Shown piece after piece: positions 23,755 to 37,014 of a stretch of DNA of 64,000 nt (positions are counted from its first letter, which is position 1; every line of letters starts with the position of its first letter). Under the pieces are notes generated by a model. It had not been told where the DNA came from. It saw nothing but the letters and a program-made list of their open reading frames with translations, and did no database searches. The translations under genes and the position numbers were made by a program. Source of the DNA: Octopus vulgaris (lineage: Eukaryota); contig OX597817.1 in the NCBI GenBank assembly GCA_951406725.2, positions 148,366,001 through 148,430,000 on the forward strand. Direction: 5' to 3'.

Positions 23755-26301
23755 AGCAGTATCAGCAATAATGACTTCCGCCAAGAGAAATGCATTCCTT
23801 ATATACTTCTCTATCACTCAATCTCTTTCTGTTAAGTTGTTTTAAAGAGGCATCCTCTCACTGGTGTGATGCGTAACTGCCGTTGTACTGTAGTTGCTGT
23901 TTTACGCTAGTAGTCACAATAGTTATTAGTCATAAAATACTTTTATATCTCTTCGTACGGGAATAGTAATACACTAACTTATTCTGTCTTATTATCGCTG
24001 ATAGCGCCACAAGACACCGACGAGAACTGTCAACTGTCTTCTCTTCGACTCTCAACCTTCCCTTGACGACCGAATGCTGGTCTATTTATAATGGCTGTTT
24101 CTACCGGGCAGTTTATACTGTTTCACTGTACAACATAAGTAAATGATGGTTTAATTTAATGCAATTAATAGTTCCTTAGATCTTCTGTTACGTTGCACTG
24201 AAGTGATCCAACTAGATAGAAAAATTAACACTTTACCAATACTAAAGGCTTTATAGTATAGATGAAATGAGATAAAAATAAATGCATCAAGATAATATAT
24301 TTTATCTCCGTTTCCTTCACTAAAAAACACTATAGTATATTTTCCTGGCAAGGTAATTCTCTTTGCGTAAAGAAATGGAATTGAAATATAATCTACACAC
24401 ACACTCTTACATACATACGCACACACACATACACACACATATCATTTACAAATACTTTTATGGAACCCGAATTATATGTTTAAATATGCATTAGCGTTTC
24501 AAATATAAATCAAGGATAGTTATGTTTTAGTATTCCACTGAAAATAATCCTATAATGTATTTTCAGCCATTTTCATTAAATATTTTCAACATAAAATATT
24601 TTCTTACATCATATACCGAAATGTAAGTTGTTAAAAGTGTCCATAATAGTGTATAGTACTTACAGTGCATTTCAAAATAAGCGCGGTGTAATAACCACCA
24701 TGACTCTAATGTTATTTATTTGCTATCTTTACTGACAATGATGCCTGTTCAGGTGCCTGTGTGTATGTGTGTGTGTGTGTGTGTTGGTGGAGGTTGTGGT
24801 GTGGTTATTTAAAGATAAATGATTCTACGCATCATTTGAAAACGCAAATTCAAAGTCAATGGTGTATGCGTACATCTAAAAGGAAGAGATTTGTAGGAGG
24901 TAGTAACCTGGCTTTCAGTTGATAAAGACACAAGATAGAGTGGCGGGAGATTTACATTCGAAACGGACTTCTACAATTCAAATAGCTGTCCTATCATCAG
25001 AACAAGTAAATGTATGTTGAAAATACAGAACTTCTGTGTTTATGATCTAAGCAATAGTTTTACATTTAAATTATACTTTCTTTATAGCTATGAATTCTGT
25101 AAAAAAAAAAACCTAATATTTCATTCTAATTTGATGTGATTAACATCTCCCTAAAATCCTTAGAATTTGACTTAAATAGGCTTTGCAGTTCTTTTATGAG
25201 CATTTAGTTAAATCGTAGAAACTAGAGGCGGTGTAATATATCATTAAATGTATTACGATAATGGTTTTCTGCACTACCAATAGTGAAATTTGCTCCAGTG
25301 TTTCTCTCATTAGATCAATAATAATAAATATACATCACAATGTAAAAGAAACGAGCTGGGGGCTTTAATCTCATAGTCAATTTCCACCGCCCTCTCAAAT
25401 AATTATTAGTGGATAACATTATACTAATATAATATTCTTAATTTTAATGACCTTTCATATAAAACACTTTTTATAATTCTCTGTAAAACATGCTTATTCC
25501 GCATCATTTCATTTTATATTAAAACTTTTCCCTGGAGGAACATAGCAAAATGAGGTACTTTCTCTGATCTTATTCTGCCTAATTAAGAGGTTAACATTGG
25601 AAAACAATTGAAGAAATTATTTAATTTTCAAATGATTACTATCACGCCAACAAAAAGAAATAACAAAAATTGTATTTATCTAATATCTAAGCATGAAATT
25701 CGATTTAATTTCGATTTGGTCTCATCAACTACGTCATTCTGAAAACAACTTCAAATAGAGAGGTGCATACCAACTCTCCCTGAACAATAGCAAAATTGGA
25801 ATTGCTACACCCTCTCAATAAACGAATAAAACACATCTCCTGCCATGCCCACACATGCGTTCATCTCATAACGTATTTTAAAACTGTTACATACACGGCG
25901 TTAAAAACTTTGCCTTTCAAAGATGGGTTTCCTGTTCAGTGTCAGATTATGTTATCTGATAAATTATTGTTGATCGGTTATATATTAGCATTTTTTGTTG
26001 TTGATGTTGCTGTTTAATCCCAAGACATAATGGAATGAATTCTAAGTCTTCACATGTATTTTTTTGTCTGGCGCAAAAGTAGAGTCCTGTTAAGGTATTT
26101 TCCGAGGTGCCATTGAAATTTAAGACTTCTATAGAAATGAAGGGATATTTTGCCTCAACGAGTATATGGATGGACCTGGTGATCGGTAAATTTAACTCTA
26201 AATAAATTGTACAGTCTCTGAAGTAATGAAAACACACACACACACACATACACACACACACACACAAACACACACATATATGCATGAATATGTATGTATG
26301 C

Positions 26302-26740
26302 ATTGACGACTGTATCGGTGCGACCTCACTCTCCCGCGAACATCTAGACACCTTCCACTCTTTTGTTAAATCTTTCCATCCGGCCCTCCACTTCTCCTGC
26401 ACTATCTCTGACACCTCTGTCTCCTTTCTTGACATTTCGGTCAGTATTCATCACTTCACTCTCACCACCTCCATCCACTAAAGACACACAGACTCACACA
26501 CATGCCTCAACTTCTCCTCCTCCCACCCTAAACACACACAAGCTTTCCATCCCCTATTCCCAATTCCTCCGTCTACGCAGGCTCTGTAGTGACTATCATG
26601 ATTTGAGACTCAGTCTCAACTCATGGCTCGCCACTTCATCGTACATGGCTATCCCCTCACCCCTATTCACACCGTCCGCGCCAGAGCACATTCCGTGGAC
26701 CTTGCATCTGCTTTCTCCCCCGCCATACCCACAATGCATT
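26302..26740 (+). mobile_element. Penelope-like (Neptune-type) reverse transcriptase fragment
   Basis: IDDCIG...FHPALHFSCTISDTSVSFLD...TDSH...SSSHP...SIPYSQFLRLRRLCS; stops and frameshifts present. Confidence 0.85.
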
Positions 26741-26749
26741 GCTGCACAG

Positions 26750-28680
26750 AAGACTCTCAGTCCGTGCAGCGAAATCTAGTACTTGCCCATTATAGCAGTG
26801 TAAAACCATTACTGCAGCGATCTCTCAGGAAGATGCAGTACACTTGGTGGGTAGATCCTGCTCGTGATACCGCTCGTGATATTCAGGCTGCTGCTGATTA
26901 AAATTACAGCAAGAAGCTTTACCATCTTAGGAAGCAAGAGCTTATGTGCCCAAGACCTTTGCATCAGCTCTTTTGATTCCCAAGTAGTCCTCTACTCTAC
27001 TAAATCAACAGAAATCACTGGTCGCTGGATTGAACACTTCTCTGAACTTCTAAGCCATGAGTCAGTTGTGGATGAAACAGTGATTGACACTATGCAACAA
27101 AGACCTATCATTGGTTCCTAAAATTCCACGCCCTCAATACATGAGGTAATGAGAGCAACAAGTAAATTGAATCTTGGTAGGGCACCTAGAAGAGATTGAA
27201 TTTGTGCTGAGGTCTTGCGATTTGGTGAACTTATTAGTGTAGTTTGGAGGGATGGTGCAATGCGTAAGGACTGGAAGGATGCAATTATTCTTCCTCTCTG
27301 TAAAGGAAAAGGACGCCAGAATAACGTGTGGTAACTACAGAGTTATTGCTCCACTGACAGTTGCTGGCAAGGTTCTGGCAAATATTCTTCTTACCCGCCA
27401 GAATGATGTCCTATCTGAATCTCAATGTGGCTTCCGATCTTGCATAGTGAGAATGGATATGACATTCACAGCAAGACAGATGCAGTAGAAGTGCTATGAG
27501 CAGAATATGGGTCTTGGTCCAGGGATTCATCGATTTAACGAAAGCCTTTGATACTGTGAATAGGGCCTTGCTATGGAAAATACTTGGCAAACTTGGATGT
27601 CCGATCACTTTGTATCTACAATAAAATCATCTCATTTTATGATAGAGGGTTGGGTCAATTTTGGTGGTGGCATGGCGAGACCCATTCCTGTAGATAATGG
27701 TATCTAGGCGGGTGACATCCTTGCCCCAAATCTCTTTACTTTTACTTTGCTGCTGATTTTACTCATGCCTGCAAAAGGTTAGCATTCTGAAAATATATGT
27801 CAGTTATCGATCTTCTGGCAGCCTCTTTAATCTGCGGTGATTTGATGCCAATCAAAAGTTTTCAAGTCTCTTATTCGTGACTTCCTTTATGCAGATGATT
27901 GTGATTTAGTTACTCATACAGTGGATGACATGCAAATACTTATGAATCGTATTTCTGTTTCTTGCAAGGCATTTGGACTCAGTATTAGCCTGGACAAGAC
28001 TGTTGTAATGTTCCAACCTGAACCAGGAAATCCATATGTGGAACCAGCTCTCGTCGTTGAAGGAACAATACTGAAAGTGGTACTTGGGCAGCACACTTAG
28101 ACATTGCTCTCTGGATGAGGAAATATCTTTCAGGCTGCAGAGACCAACTGATGCCTTCCAGGATCTTCAGTCTCGTGTTTGGTCCCAGCGTGGAATCACA
28201 CGGCAAACAAAAATTGTTGTGTACCGTGCATGTGTACTGACATTGCTCCTTTACTCATGTGGCACATAGATCCTTACAAAGGTCATGTAAGGGACCTTGA
28301 ACGCCTTCATCAGAGAAACTCCAGACACACAGGTCCTGGGGAAATCTGTTGTCTTGAGTATTGAGGCAATGGTGCAGAAGCACCAGTTATGTTGGACGCC
28401 TTATTAGAATGAAGGATCGCAGGATCCTTAAACTGATGCTATATGGAGAACGTATTAATGGAAAGAGATCACACCAGAAACCAAGGCTGCGATTTAAGGA
28501 CTGTGTCACTTCTTCATTAAAGGCCTGTGATATGCAGGAAACTGACTGTCATCACCACAGACAGAGGACCAGAGAGAGCACATATTCTCGAAGCATTTAA
28601 GTGTGTTCCTGGAAAGCGCATTGCTATTGTATTGAATGGGGAAAGCTTGGTTTGCAATGTTTGCAGTCGTGTGTGCTTGT
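26750..28680 (+). mobile_element. RTE-clade LINE, 5'-truncated, pseudogenised
   Basis: CGNYRVI, ESQCGFR, FIDLTKAFDTVNR, YADD at 27888-27899, GLSISLDKT, YRACVLTLLLYSC, PRLRFKD, terminal CxxC (CNVCSRVC). Confidence 0.92.
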
Positions 28681-28682
28681 GA

Positions 28683-28715
<33 letters not shown>

Positions 28716-29306
28716 AAGATAGTAATAGAGCGATATAATATATATTTATATATATATATATCCATCTGTAATTATAAAATCCAAAGATCTTAGTGTAGAA
28801 AATTTGTAAGCTTCGAGCAATCCGTGGTAGATTTAAAATACAACGTTCATGAACAATAATGATTTATTGGCCTCGACGGTTGTAGGCTTTTCCCATATCG
28901 AAGTTCAATAACCTGAAAACTGTTTTGCTTAAAGCTCACAGCTGGCAACTGCAGTTGCTATGAATACGAATAAGAATACAAATTGAGGAAGTAGAGCAGG
29001 TAAAATCCGGGCTAAATATATTTCCTAGCTAGCGAATCCTCTCATGTAATGATAGAAAACGGAATCGATTATATCGTTGGCACCTTACCGTGGCATTCAT
29101 TAACGACAATGTATCTTTTATATTATTAGGCTTTCATAGAAACTTTCATATAATTAAGGTATTTTTGGTCTGATGGGTATGTAGCTGATTATCTCTCGTT
29201 GAGTAATTATTACATCAGAGGATCTGCAACCTAGGAGACATATCTAGCTTGAATTCAACCTGCTTCACTCTAAGTTTGAACACATATATATACACGTATA
29301 TATATA

Positions 29307-30442
29307 CAAGGTGATTGAAAATTAATTCCCTAATTTAAAATACTAATAATTTAAAATATTAAGAATAATTTTTTCTCAAATTTGTTGTGTATGTTCTTTA
29401 ATGTATGGAAAATTGATTCTATACTGCTGGTTGTCTCCAGATTGATTATTTTGTTTGAGTTTTAGAAGCCCCACAAAAATGGTCTCTTCTCTTTAAAAAT
29501 ATCCTCTGGTGTGTGAAGCGGTATTTCAATTCGCTGGGTTTGTGAACCGCCACAGCTGCCACTACTGGGCAGGAGAATATGCTGGCATTACGTCTGGAAA
29601 ATGCAGAATTGTTCTAAGGCGTGGAATGACTTCGAACAAGATCGTGGGTCCTTTTATACTTTGTAATATCTATTTCTTTACTACACACAAGGGGCTAAAC
29701 ACAGAGCGGAGAAACAAGGACAGACAAACGGATTAAGTCGATTATATACCAGTGCGTAACTGGTACTTATTTAATCGACCCCGAAAGGATGAAAGGCAAA
29801 ATCGAACTCGGTGGAATTTGAACTCAGCACGTACCAGCAGACGAAATACTGCTAAGCATTTCGCCCGGCGTGCTAACGTTTCTGTCGGCTCGCCGCCTTC
29901 ATACTTTGTAATACCATGAATGCTGAAAGGTACCTCACCATGCTGCAAGATGAAATGTGGCCACTTACAATTACTTGGGGGAATATTGAAGATTTGATTT
30001 GTATGCAAGATAGCGCTCCTCCACATTTTTCTATTGTTGTTCGCGTATGGCTGAATGCCTACTTCACTTGGAAATGGATGGATCGTGGAGGTCCGCATGA
30101 TTGGCTGACCAAAAGCCCTGATTTAAAACCCTGCGACTTTTTTCTTATGGGGCTGGTTAAAGAAGCAAGTCTACTCTACCAAATCAACGACTTTGAAAGA
30201 ACTGGAAAAGCGAACACGAGATGTTACGTCTTCCATCTGACAAGAGTTTGTGATGAAATCAGTTGAGGTGGTTGCCGGGCGGCTAGACAAAGCTGGTGGG
30301 AGAATGCTGGGGCCTATATCGTATTTTAAATAAAAACTCCATACTATACGCTTTCTTCACATATTCATCTTTTCTAAAAAATGATGGTTAATAAATAAAT
30401 TATTAGTGTTTTAAAATAGGGAGTTACTTTCCAGTCAGCCTG
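29307..30442 (+). mobile_element. Internally deleted rosa-type (DD41D) Tc1/mariner transposon
   Basis: Imperfect ~47-bp TIRs (CAAGGTGATTGAAAATTAATTCCCTA / reverse complement CAGGCTGACTGGAAAGTAACTCCCTA), TA on both flanks; GFVNRHSCHYW; 41 residues between QD and SPDLKPCD. Confidence 0.88.
29669..29900 (-). mobile_element. Full SINE family B inserted into the DD41D transposase
   Basis: 13-bp TSD ATACTTTGTAATA at 29656-29668 and 29901-29913; B-box-like AGTTCAAATTC; GCCTTTCATCCTTTCGGGGTCGAT core resembling the Meta domain. Confidence 0.92.
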
Positions 30443-30446
30443 TATA

Positions 30447-30558
<112 letters not shown>

Positions 30559-30747
30559 TATTCATACGCATGTATAGGATTGTATGGTTGCAGGCATGTA
30601 CGCATGCATGTAAGCATGTACGCATGTATGTATGTATGTATGTATGTATGTATGTATGTATGTATGTATGTATGTATGTATGTATGGAATGAGGTAGAAA
30701 CTTTGCGATAGATCACTATTGCAATCTCTGAAGTTGACGCTAATGAG

Positions 30748-31308
30748 TTGTGATGAAGTTCTTCTCCTTATCTAGCTTTAGACATAGAGACTACGAAGAT
30801 TTTGACGGTTTAATATATTGGCTCAATAATGAGTGTCGTACAAGTATTAGATTCAAATATACTCAAAGTATACATGGTTATTCTACTGTCAAAGATCTCA
30901 TATGACCTTACCTCACTACATATGACGCAAATGATGGCTATGGCATTAAACTGTATCATTCACCAAAACCAATTACAGGCCTTCGTTCTTATAACGATGC
31001 CGGTGGTAACAACAGTGCCCCAATAAAAGCGTAGTCATTGGGTTGTTTCTACACGTGAGATATGAGCATGAGATCTGCTGGGATCTCTTCTACATTTTTT
31101 ACTAGTTAACCACACTTATATCAAATATAATTGTATTACTTCTGTGTATCACTCAGTAAAGTTCATATTCTTCATCACTACGATGGGTGGAGAAAAAATA
31201 CTTATAAGTCAGGAAATTAATAATTCTACAGCTCTCATGTATTGAACCAATATATTAAACACTAGTCTACATCTGTTACGCTAGATAAGGCGAAGGACTT
31301 TATCCCAA
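30748..31308. mobile_element. Old MITE/foldback-like element with ~100-bp diverged inverted arms
   Basis: CCTTATCTAGC and GTTTAATATATTGG(C/T)TCAATA in 30748-30849 are inverted in 31218-31308. Confidence 0.6.
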
Positions 31309-32409
31309 ATTGTCTAAAACAGATATTAACAATGTATAGATGATTTTAAAGCAAAATTACTGCTATCGGCAATATATAATATACTGTTGAATCTATAACC
31401 GTTTACCGAAAACGTAAGTTGCTAACAAAATATATGGTTTCTCAATTCATCAGCTTCTTAAAACTGGTTCATGAACTTAATATCTTCAATTTTGTTAATG
31501 TCAAAGTTATCAAGATATATTTTATAAACTAAAGATATCTTTAGTAGCAACTAAGGAATGGATTTTAATAATCAAGAAACTTTACTATGCTGTTTAATTA
31601 CTCTGTGTGTAATTTGTAACCATGAGTCAAGACGTGCCCCTGTCTTCATATCTTACCGCTTATTTTGCTGAAATAGCAATAATCCAACCATTGAGAGAAT
31701 TGTTTATTTTGTCAGTGCATTTTCCTGATATCTAAAGTCTAATATAACAAAACGATACAGTAATTTCCTACTAGGTTGTATCAGTGGTGCATCATATCTC
31801 AATCTCATGTTTGACACTACATCATTTACCTATAGCCGTAAGCAGGAAATTGCTGTACGAATGTTAAAGTCAGTCAATCGTATAATATTATAATAAATAA
31901 GCGAAAGTCACAGTCGGAAACCATTATAGAATTATAGCACTTTATTTCATTCTATAATGCTGTCGTCTTTTCTAATGATAATATACAGAAAGCATTTTCA
32001 TTGAGTCATACTGAGTGGATACATTTTAAAGGAACTTTAGCTGTGAGCATAGATTTATTTGCTAGTCATCGAAGAGCATTAAATATAATCTGCTAAAACG
32101 AATAGACAAAATATACCCGAAAGCTAGAATTATCCTAGAAAGTGAATCCAACTTGGAAACCAATATTGAGTTAACACTCTCTGCGTAAACATGGCATAAA
32201 TTTCACATCGTGTAACAGTGTACGAACACGTGAGGTAATGTAATAGCTATAACAACCAAACACTTAAGATCTTACTGAAAGGCATCAGACTGCATGAACT
32301 TGGAAGTATTTTCTAATAGATAATATTTCATATTATAAGTACTGTTATTTATAATAAAACCACTAATAATAGGAAATACAGATATGAATCGTGAAACATC
32401 AGAACTACT

Positions 32410-32545
32410 AGGCGGTGAACTGGCCGATGCAATTGGATTTAAACACATGTCATAGCGTTGGATCTCTACGCATAGATTTCAAACCACGCTTTGGCCAACT
32501 TTGCATTTCATCCTTTCGCAATTGATAAAATATGGTACCGGCCTA
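32410..32545 (+). mobile_element. Degenerate SINE family B
   Basis: AGGCGGTGAACTGGC...CTTTGCATTTCATCCTTTCG...GATAAAATATGGTACC. Confidence 0.6.
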
Positions 32546-33279
32546 GGCCGATGAATATTTAGAGCCCTATTATATTTACTGTGGCTGTGTGTGCTCGTAG
32601 CACTTTGGCGTTAGACTTAAACCGTCGGCCACATCACATTTAGATGAGTTAGGTCTGTAGCAAGAATTCCAGTTTGGTCTCTACATTATAGATAACATCC
32701 TACCATTAGTCTAGCAGGTATTGAACATGTAAAATGTTATTGCTGACCCTTTTCTCCTACATAATTAACAGCACTAACAACCCATCACCTACCAAATAGC
32801 CTACAGTGCAACTATTCTATCGGAGGCGAAGGAAAGTTGCCATTTTACCTGTTATATATAAACGCAAGCTCTGCCTTAGACTGCATCATGCTATCTTCAA
32901 AGCTGATGTATCATAATCCTTTGTAATCCTCGATGTGTAAAATAAGACAGTAAGACCTCGCATAGATTCCCTTTGATCATTGTTCTGCATGATAAATATT
33001 GTTCTTGGAATAAAGGACATGCGATCACTTTGCACAACTGGTACAAGCGAATATTGGTCGAAGATCTCAAATTAACTTCAAAGAGTAAAACCATGAAAAT
33101 TAAGTTCTTCAGTAAAAAATACAATGAATAAGATACATAAATATTGTAATTTATATTCCATGTATATTCTTACCTAAGCATTCTCTTTATTGCATCCTCA
33201 TACAAAGGCGTATCAGCATTTTTTTTTTACAAGCTGGCTCACATTTGTGAATTAGACGCAGTTGACGTGTAGCTTAATT

Positions 33280-33670
33280 TCTCTCTCTATATATAAAGTT
33301 GAAGTTGTCTGTGTATGGCAGGTTTGGTAGCCTTCAACTAACACTATCTACACCGAGACCCTGCGGCGCAAGTTGAGCAAAATGGAGAGTATGATAGAAG
33401 AAGGCTTGCTCTTCCTTCCGTAAAAGACAAAATTCAAATTAGACCTTGTTAACACCGAAAATTATTTACATCAAAGTGGTGCTTTTTTTCTATGAAAATC
33501 CCTATTTTCTACGATTTTTTTACTACTGTGTCGCCATTTTTCGGTGTTTCAACCGGAAAAATGTTCACTTAAAGAAATAACAAGCTACATAATTCAAAAC
33601 TTTTACTTTTCAAAAATTCTAATTCTAAATGGTCGAACCAATTCCGAGCAACGCCGGGTGATACTGCTAG
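33280..33670 (+). mobile_element. Non-autonomous Helitron-like element
   Basis: 5' TC(TC)nTATATATAAA, subterminal GC hairpin TCCGAGC-AAC-GCCGGG at 33643-33658, 3' CTAG at 33667-33670 followed by T; no TIR or TSD. Confidence 0.7.
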
Positions 33671-33779
33671 TTTTCTATACATTGGTGTATATGTAGGGAA
33701 ATATGGTGTGGCACAAATGGTAACGAAACTGGGGAGAAATGAACGGAATAAATTGCTTAGTGCAAGGTAGCGAAATGAC

Positions 33780-34116
33780 CTATGAGAACACAACCAGTTA
33801 TCACTTGAATGCATGGTTTGGTAAGCTTTCGCCAATTGTTCTTGGTTCCTATAAATAGTCGCGAACATATATGTGCAGCATATCGGCTTTCTCACTATTC
33901 ACTCAATTGAATATCTAGGATGAAACAGCTCACGGGAGAAAGACCTGTACCAATCAGTATTGGGGTGCCTTTCAGTAGGGCTGTCTAAACAGGAGTAAGT
34001 GCAACTTGAAATATAATGCCATACTAAAGATTACAACAGACCAATCAATCCAAAAATTGATACTGCGGTATTACAACAATGAGTTGAATACCCGAAGCAT
34101 TCGGCTACGCGCCTTC
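33780..34116 (-). mobile_element. Highly decayed tRNA-derived SINE with a family C-like head
   Basis: Minus strand starts GAAGGCGCGTAGCC..GGGTATTCAACTCA and has TATATTTCAAGTTGC, compare TTTATTTCACGTTGC in 5626. Confidence 0.45.
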
Positions 34117-34834
34117 CGTGGAATAGAACACTCGGACTAAATAAAACTATGTATGGAGTGGAGCCAAAAAATTAAGTGTTGTCATATGAACATGCAATTT
34201 AATTTACAGCAAATAAGATTCATCGTCTCTGTAGCTGCAACAGAAATTGTCGAGAAACGGTGTGTCCTGTGAGGTAATCCTTTACTGTGTTGATGAATGG
34301 ATATTTATCGAGAAGCCATCTAGCGTGTTTTATCAGTGTGTCGCTCACTGTGTATATCTGTGTGTGGTTGTGTGTGCGTGCGTGTGTGCATGTTCGCGCG
34401 TGTGAGTGTCTGTGTAAGTGTGGAATTTAATATATGGGATCAATAATCTAACGAGGATCATAGGTAAGCTTTATAGAGCCTCAGCAACTAATAGGAACTG
34501 AAGAGGAGATACTGACCCTAAACGACGAGGGAGAGTCAACGACAGAGATCTATTTAAGTGCACTACATGGAAGAAATTGCCGCTGTGTCTTCCAGCAAGT
34601 TGAGAGCATCATCATTTATAGGACGCGCAATTTAGTTAATGTAGGCCAATAGACGCATAAATAATTGAGGAACGAATCAGAATAAGTCAGTTCAGAATTG
34701 ATCTGAAGTTAATTATCAATAACAGCAACGTCAGCAAAAACTAAAGTTTACGAGTTTTATTGTCAAAAAGGAATTATATTTCGTCTGAGATGCATAGTCT
34801 GCCTTCGACTTTTATGCGGAAGACACCTCTTGCA

Positions 34835-35034
34835 CTCTTATTTGTTTTAGCCATTTAACTTCAGTCATGCTGGAGAACCGTCTTTAGTCGAACAAATCGA
34901 CACCAGGACTTATTCCTTGTAAGTCTAGTACTAATTCTATTGGTCTGTTTTGCCCGAACTGCTACGTTTTGGGGACGTAAATGCAACACCAGCAGTTGTC
35001 AAGCGATGGTGGGATGGGGACAAACACAGACACA

Positions 35035-35125
<91 letters not shown>

Positions 35126-35298
35126 ATATATATACGACGGGCTTCTTTCAGTTTCCACCTACCAAATCCACTCACAAGGCTTTGGCCGGCCCGAGATTAT
35201 AGTAGAAGACACTTGTCCAATGTACCACGCAGTGGGACTGAACCCGGAGCCATGTTGTTAGTAAGCAAGCTACGTACCACGCAACCATTCCTGCGCCT
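34835..35298 (-). mobile_element. Full SINE family A
   Basis: B box GGTTCAGTCCC, full body, central (TA)/(TG) array, tail. Confidence 0.9.
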
Positions 35299-35420
35299 AT
35301 ATCTTTCAATATTTTTTACCATAGATATGTTGAACAACTGAAAGGTAGTGGCGGCAAAGTACTGAGTGCTTACGTTTTCATTGGGAACATTTCAAATATC
35401 TTTTCGTATGAAGGATAAAT

Positions 35421-35737
35421 GGAGGCGCAATGGCCTAGTGGTTAGGGTAGCGAACTCCCGGTCGGAGGATCGCGGTTTCGATTCCCAGACCGGGAATTTT
35501 GTATGTTTATTGAGCGAAAACACCTAAAGCTCCGCGAGGCTCCAGGAGGGGGTGGTGACGATCCCTGTTGTACACTTTCGCCCCAACTTTCTCTCGCTCC
35601 TTCTTCCTGTTTCTTGGGTAATGCTGCGATGGACTGGCGTCCCGTCTAGCTGCGGGGAACGCATACGCCATAGAAACCAGGAAACCTGGCCCATGAGCCT
35701 GGCTAGGCTTGAAAAGGGCGGAAAAGGGAAAAGAGAA
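35421..35737 (+). mobile_element. tRNA-derived SINE family D, tail type 2
   Basis: A box TGGCCTAGTGG, B box GTTTCGATTCC; imperfect TSD ATGAAGGATAAAT (35408-35420) and ATGAAACATAAAT (35738-35750). Confidence 0.88.
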
Positions 35738-37014
35738 ATGAAACATAAATTAATATCTTAATAAGAAAAAAAACATAGCAATCAGTAACTGTGTGTGAAA
35801 CGTCAATACAAATAAGGTATTAATAGTCTCCGTCAACAACCCAAATAGGCTCTTAATGAAACACCTTACGTATCTGGCATATTTTTAGAGCTGAATTCTA
35901 TATGAAAACGTTAAAAATACTTGCCAGAGCCATGAGCAAAGTGTGTAACATTCATTTGAAGAAAGCAAGTTCAATAAGCAAATGAAAGTAACTGAGGTAT
36001 ATTCACACAATATAGGAAAATAGTATCAGAACGTAAAAATGTTGTCACTCTCTCAAACTGGAAGATATACCTGTAATTAATGCTTGAAGAAAGTTGTTAC
36101 GCTCATGTTAAATTACCTTGATGATAAGTGGATTCTTATTTCTACGATCAAGAGATATTTAAGTCAATTCCTAACTCCTGAAGGATATTGTTGGTAATGG
36201 TGTAAAATAACTTGGGGCAAGGAAAAAAATGAAAGAGGATAATTAAAGTCAATTAAAGATTCTTAAATACAATGAAGTATACACGAAAATTGCTAATTGC
36301 TACATGGTTCTTCATATGTATCGTATAAATAACAATCAATAAACGAGTCGAAATGTATTGTCTAAGTAGCCAATCGAGATGCCGATTTACTGAGGCATAA
36401 TGGAAAAGTGTAATTTTAGCGGGATAATAAAAATTAAAGAATACAGATTGATTCTTACATTCTTGGCTAAAACAGTGAAAAAATCCAATAGAGCAAAAGG
36501 AAAATTAGATAATGTTAATTGAGGTGTTCTACTAAAGTATTGTTGAGGGAATTGGATACAACTGAACGGTGAAATAGCATAAAATTAATGAACAGATTAA
36601 CAGTGAAATTTCGAAAATCGTCATCATATCACCAAAGAGAAGTTGTAAGCTGTCCACTTAAACGAAGAGGGGTCAATGGTCCTGAAGAGGTTAAATTAAT
36701 AAATAAATTGGGGTTTTTTTTCAGCTCTACAAAATATAACGATTTCGCCACAAAGAACTACCAAGTGAAAACAATCGAAATGGATTTCCCCAACATACCG
36801 TTTCTATTTTAAAAGTAATCAATGATTTAGACGCTGGATACAACTATATACAAATTTATATACTATATTTTGGATAGCCCCACAGCAAAAATTTGCTCAA
36901 ACACCAACCATATATGCTTTATAATGTGACATGTAAGGGTATTGTTGCAACTAATTATAGCAACAATACGCCTACATATCACAGTATAAAGCGAATAGAT
37001 GATCAAAATCGTTA

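Noticed and set aside
24075-24095. TATAAATAG promoter on the minus strand
   Set aside because: TATA-like words are abundant in this AT-rich DNA and no downstream gene is supported.
34209-34272. Candidate 64-nt Cys-rich exon (AG...GT), and another ending at CAG/GT near 38809
   Set aside because: Weak polypyrimidine tract, no recognisable homology and no partner exons; would need RNA-seq.
35930-36800. Tc1-like fossil (WKSVI motif), and a similar hint at 40300-40850
   Set aside because: Only isolated short motifs; no TIRs or catalytic triad recoverable by eye.
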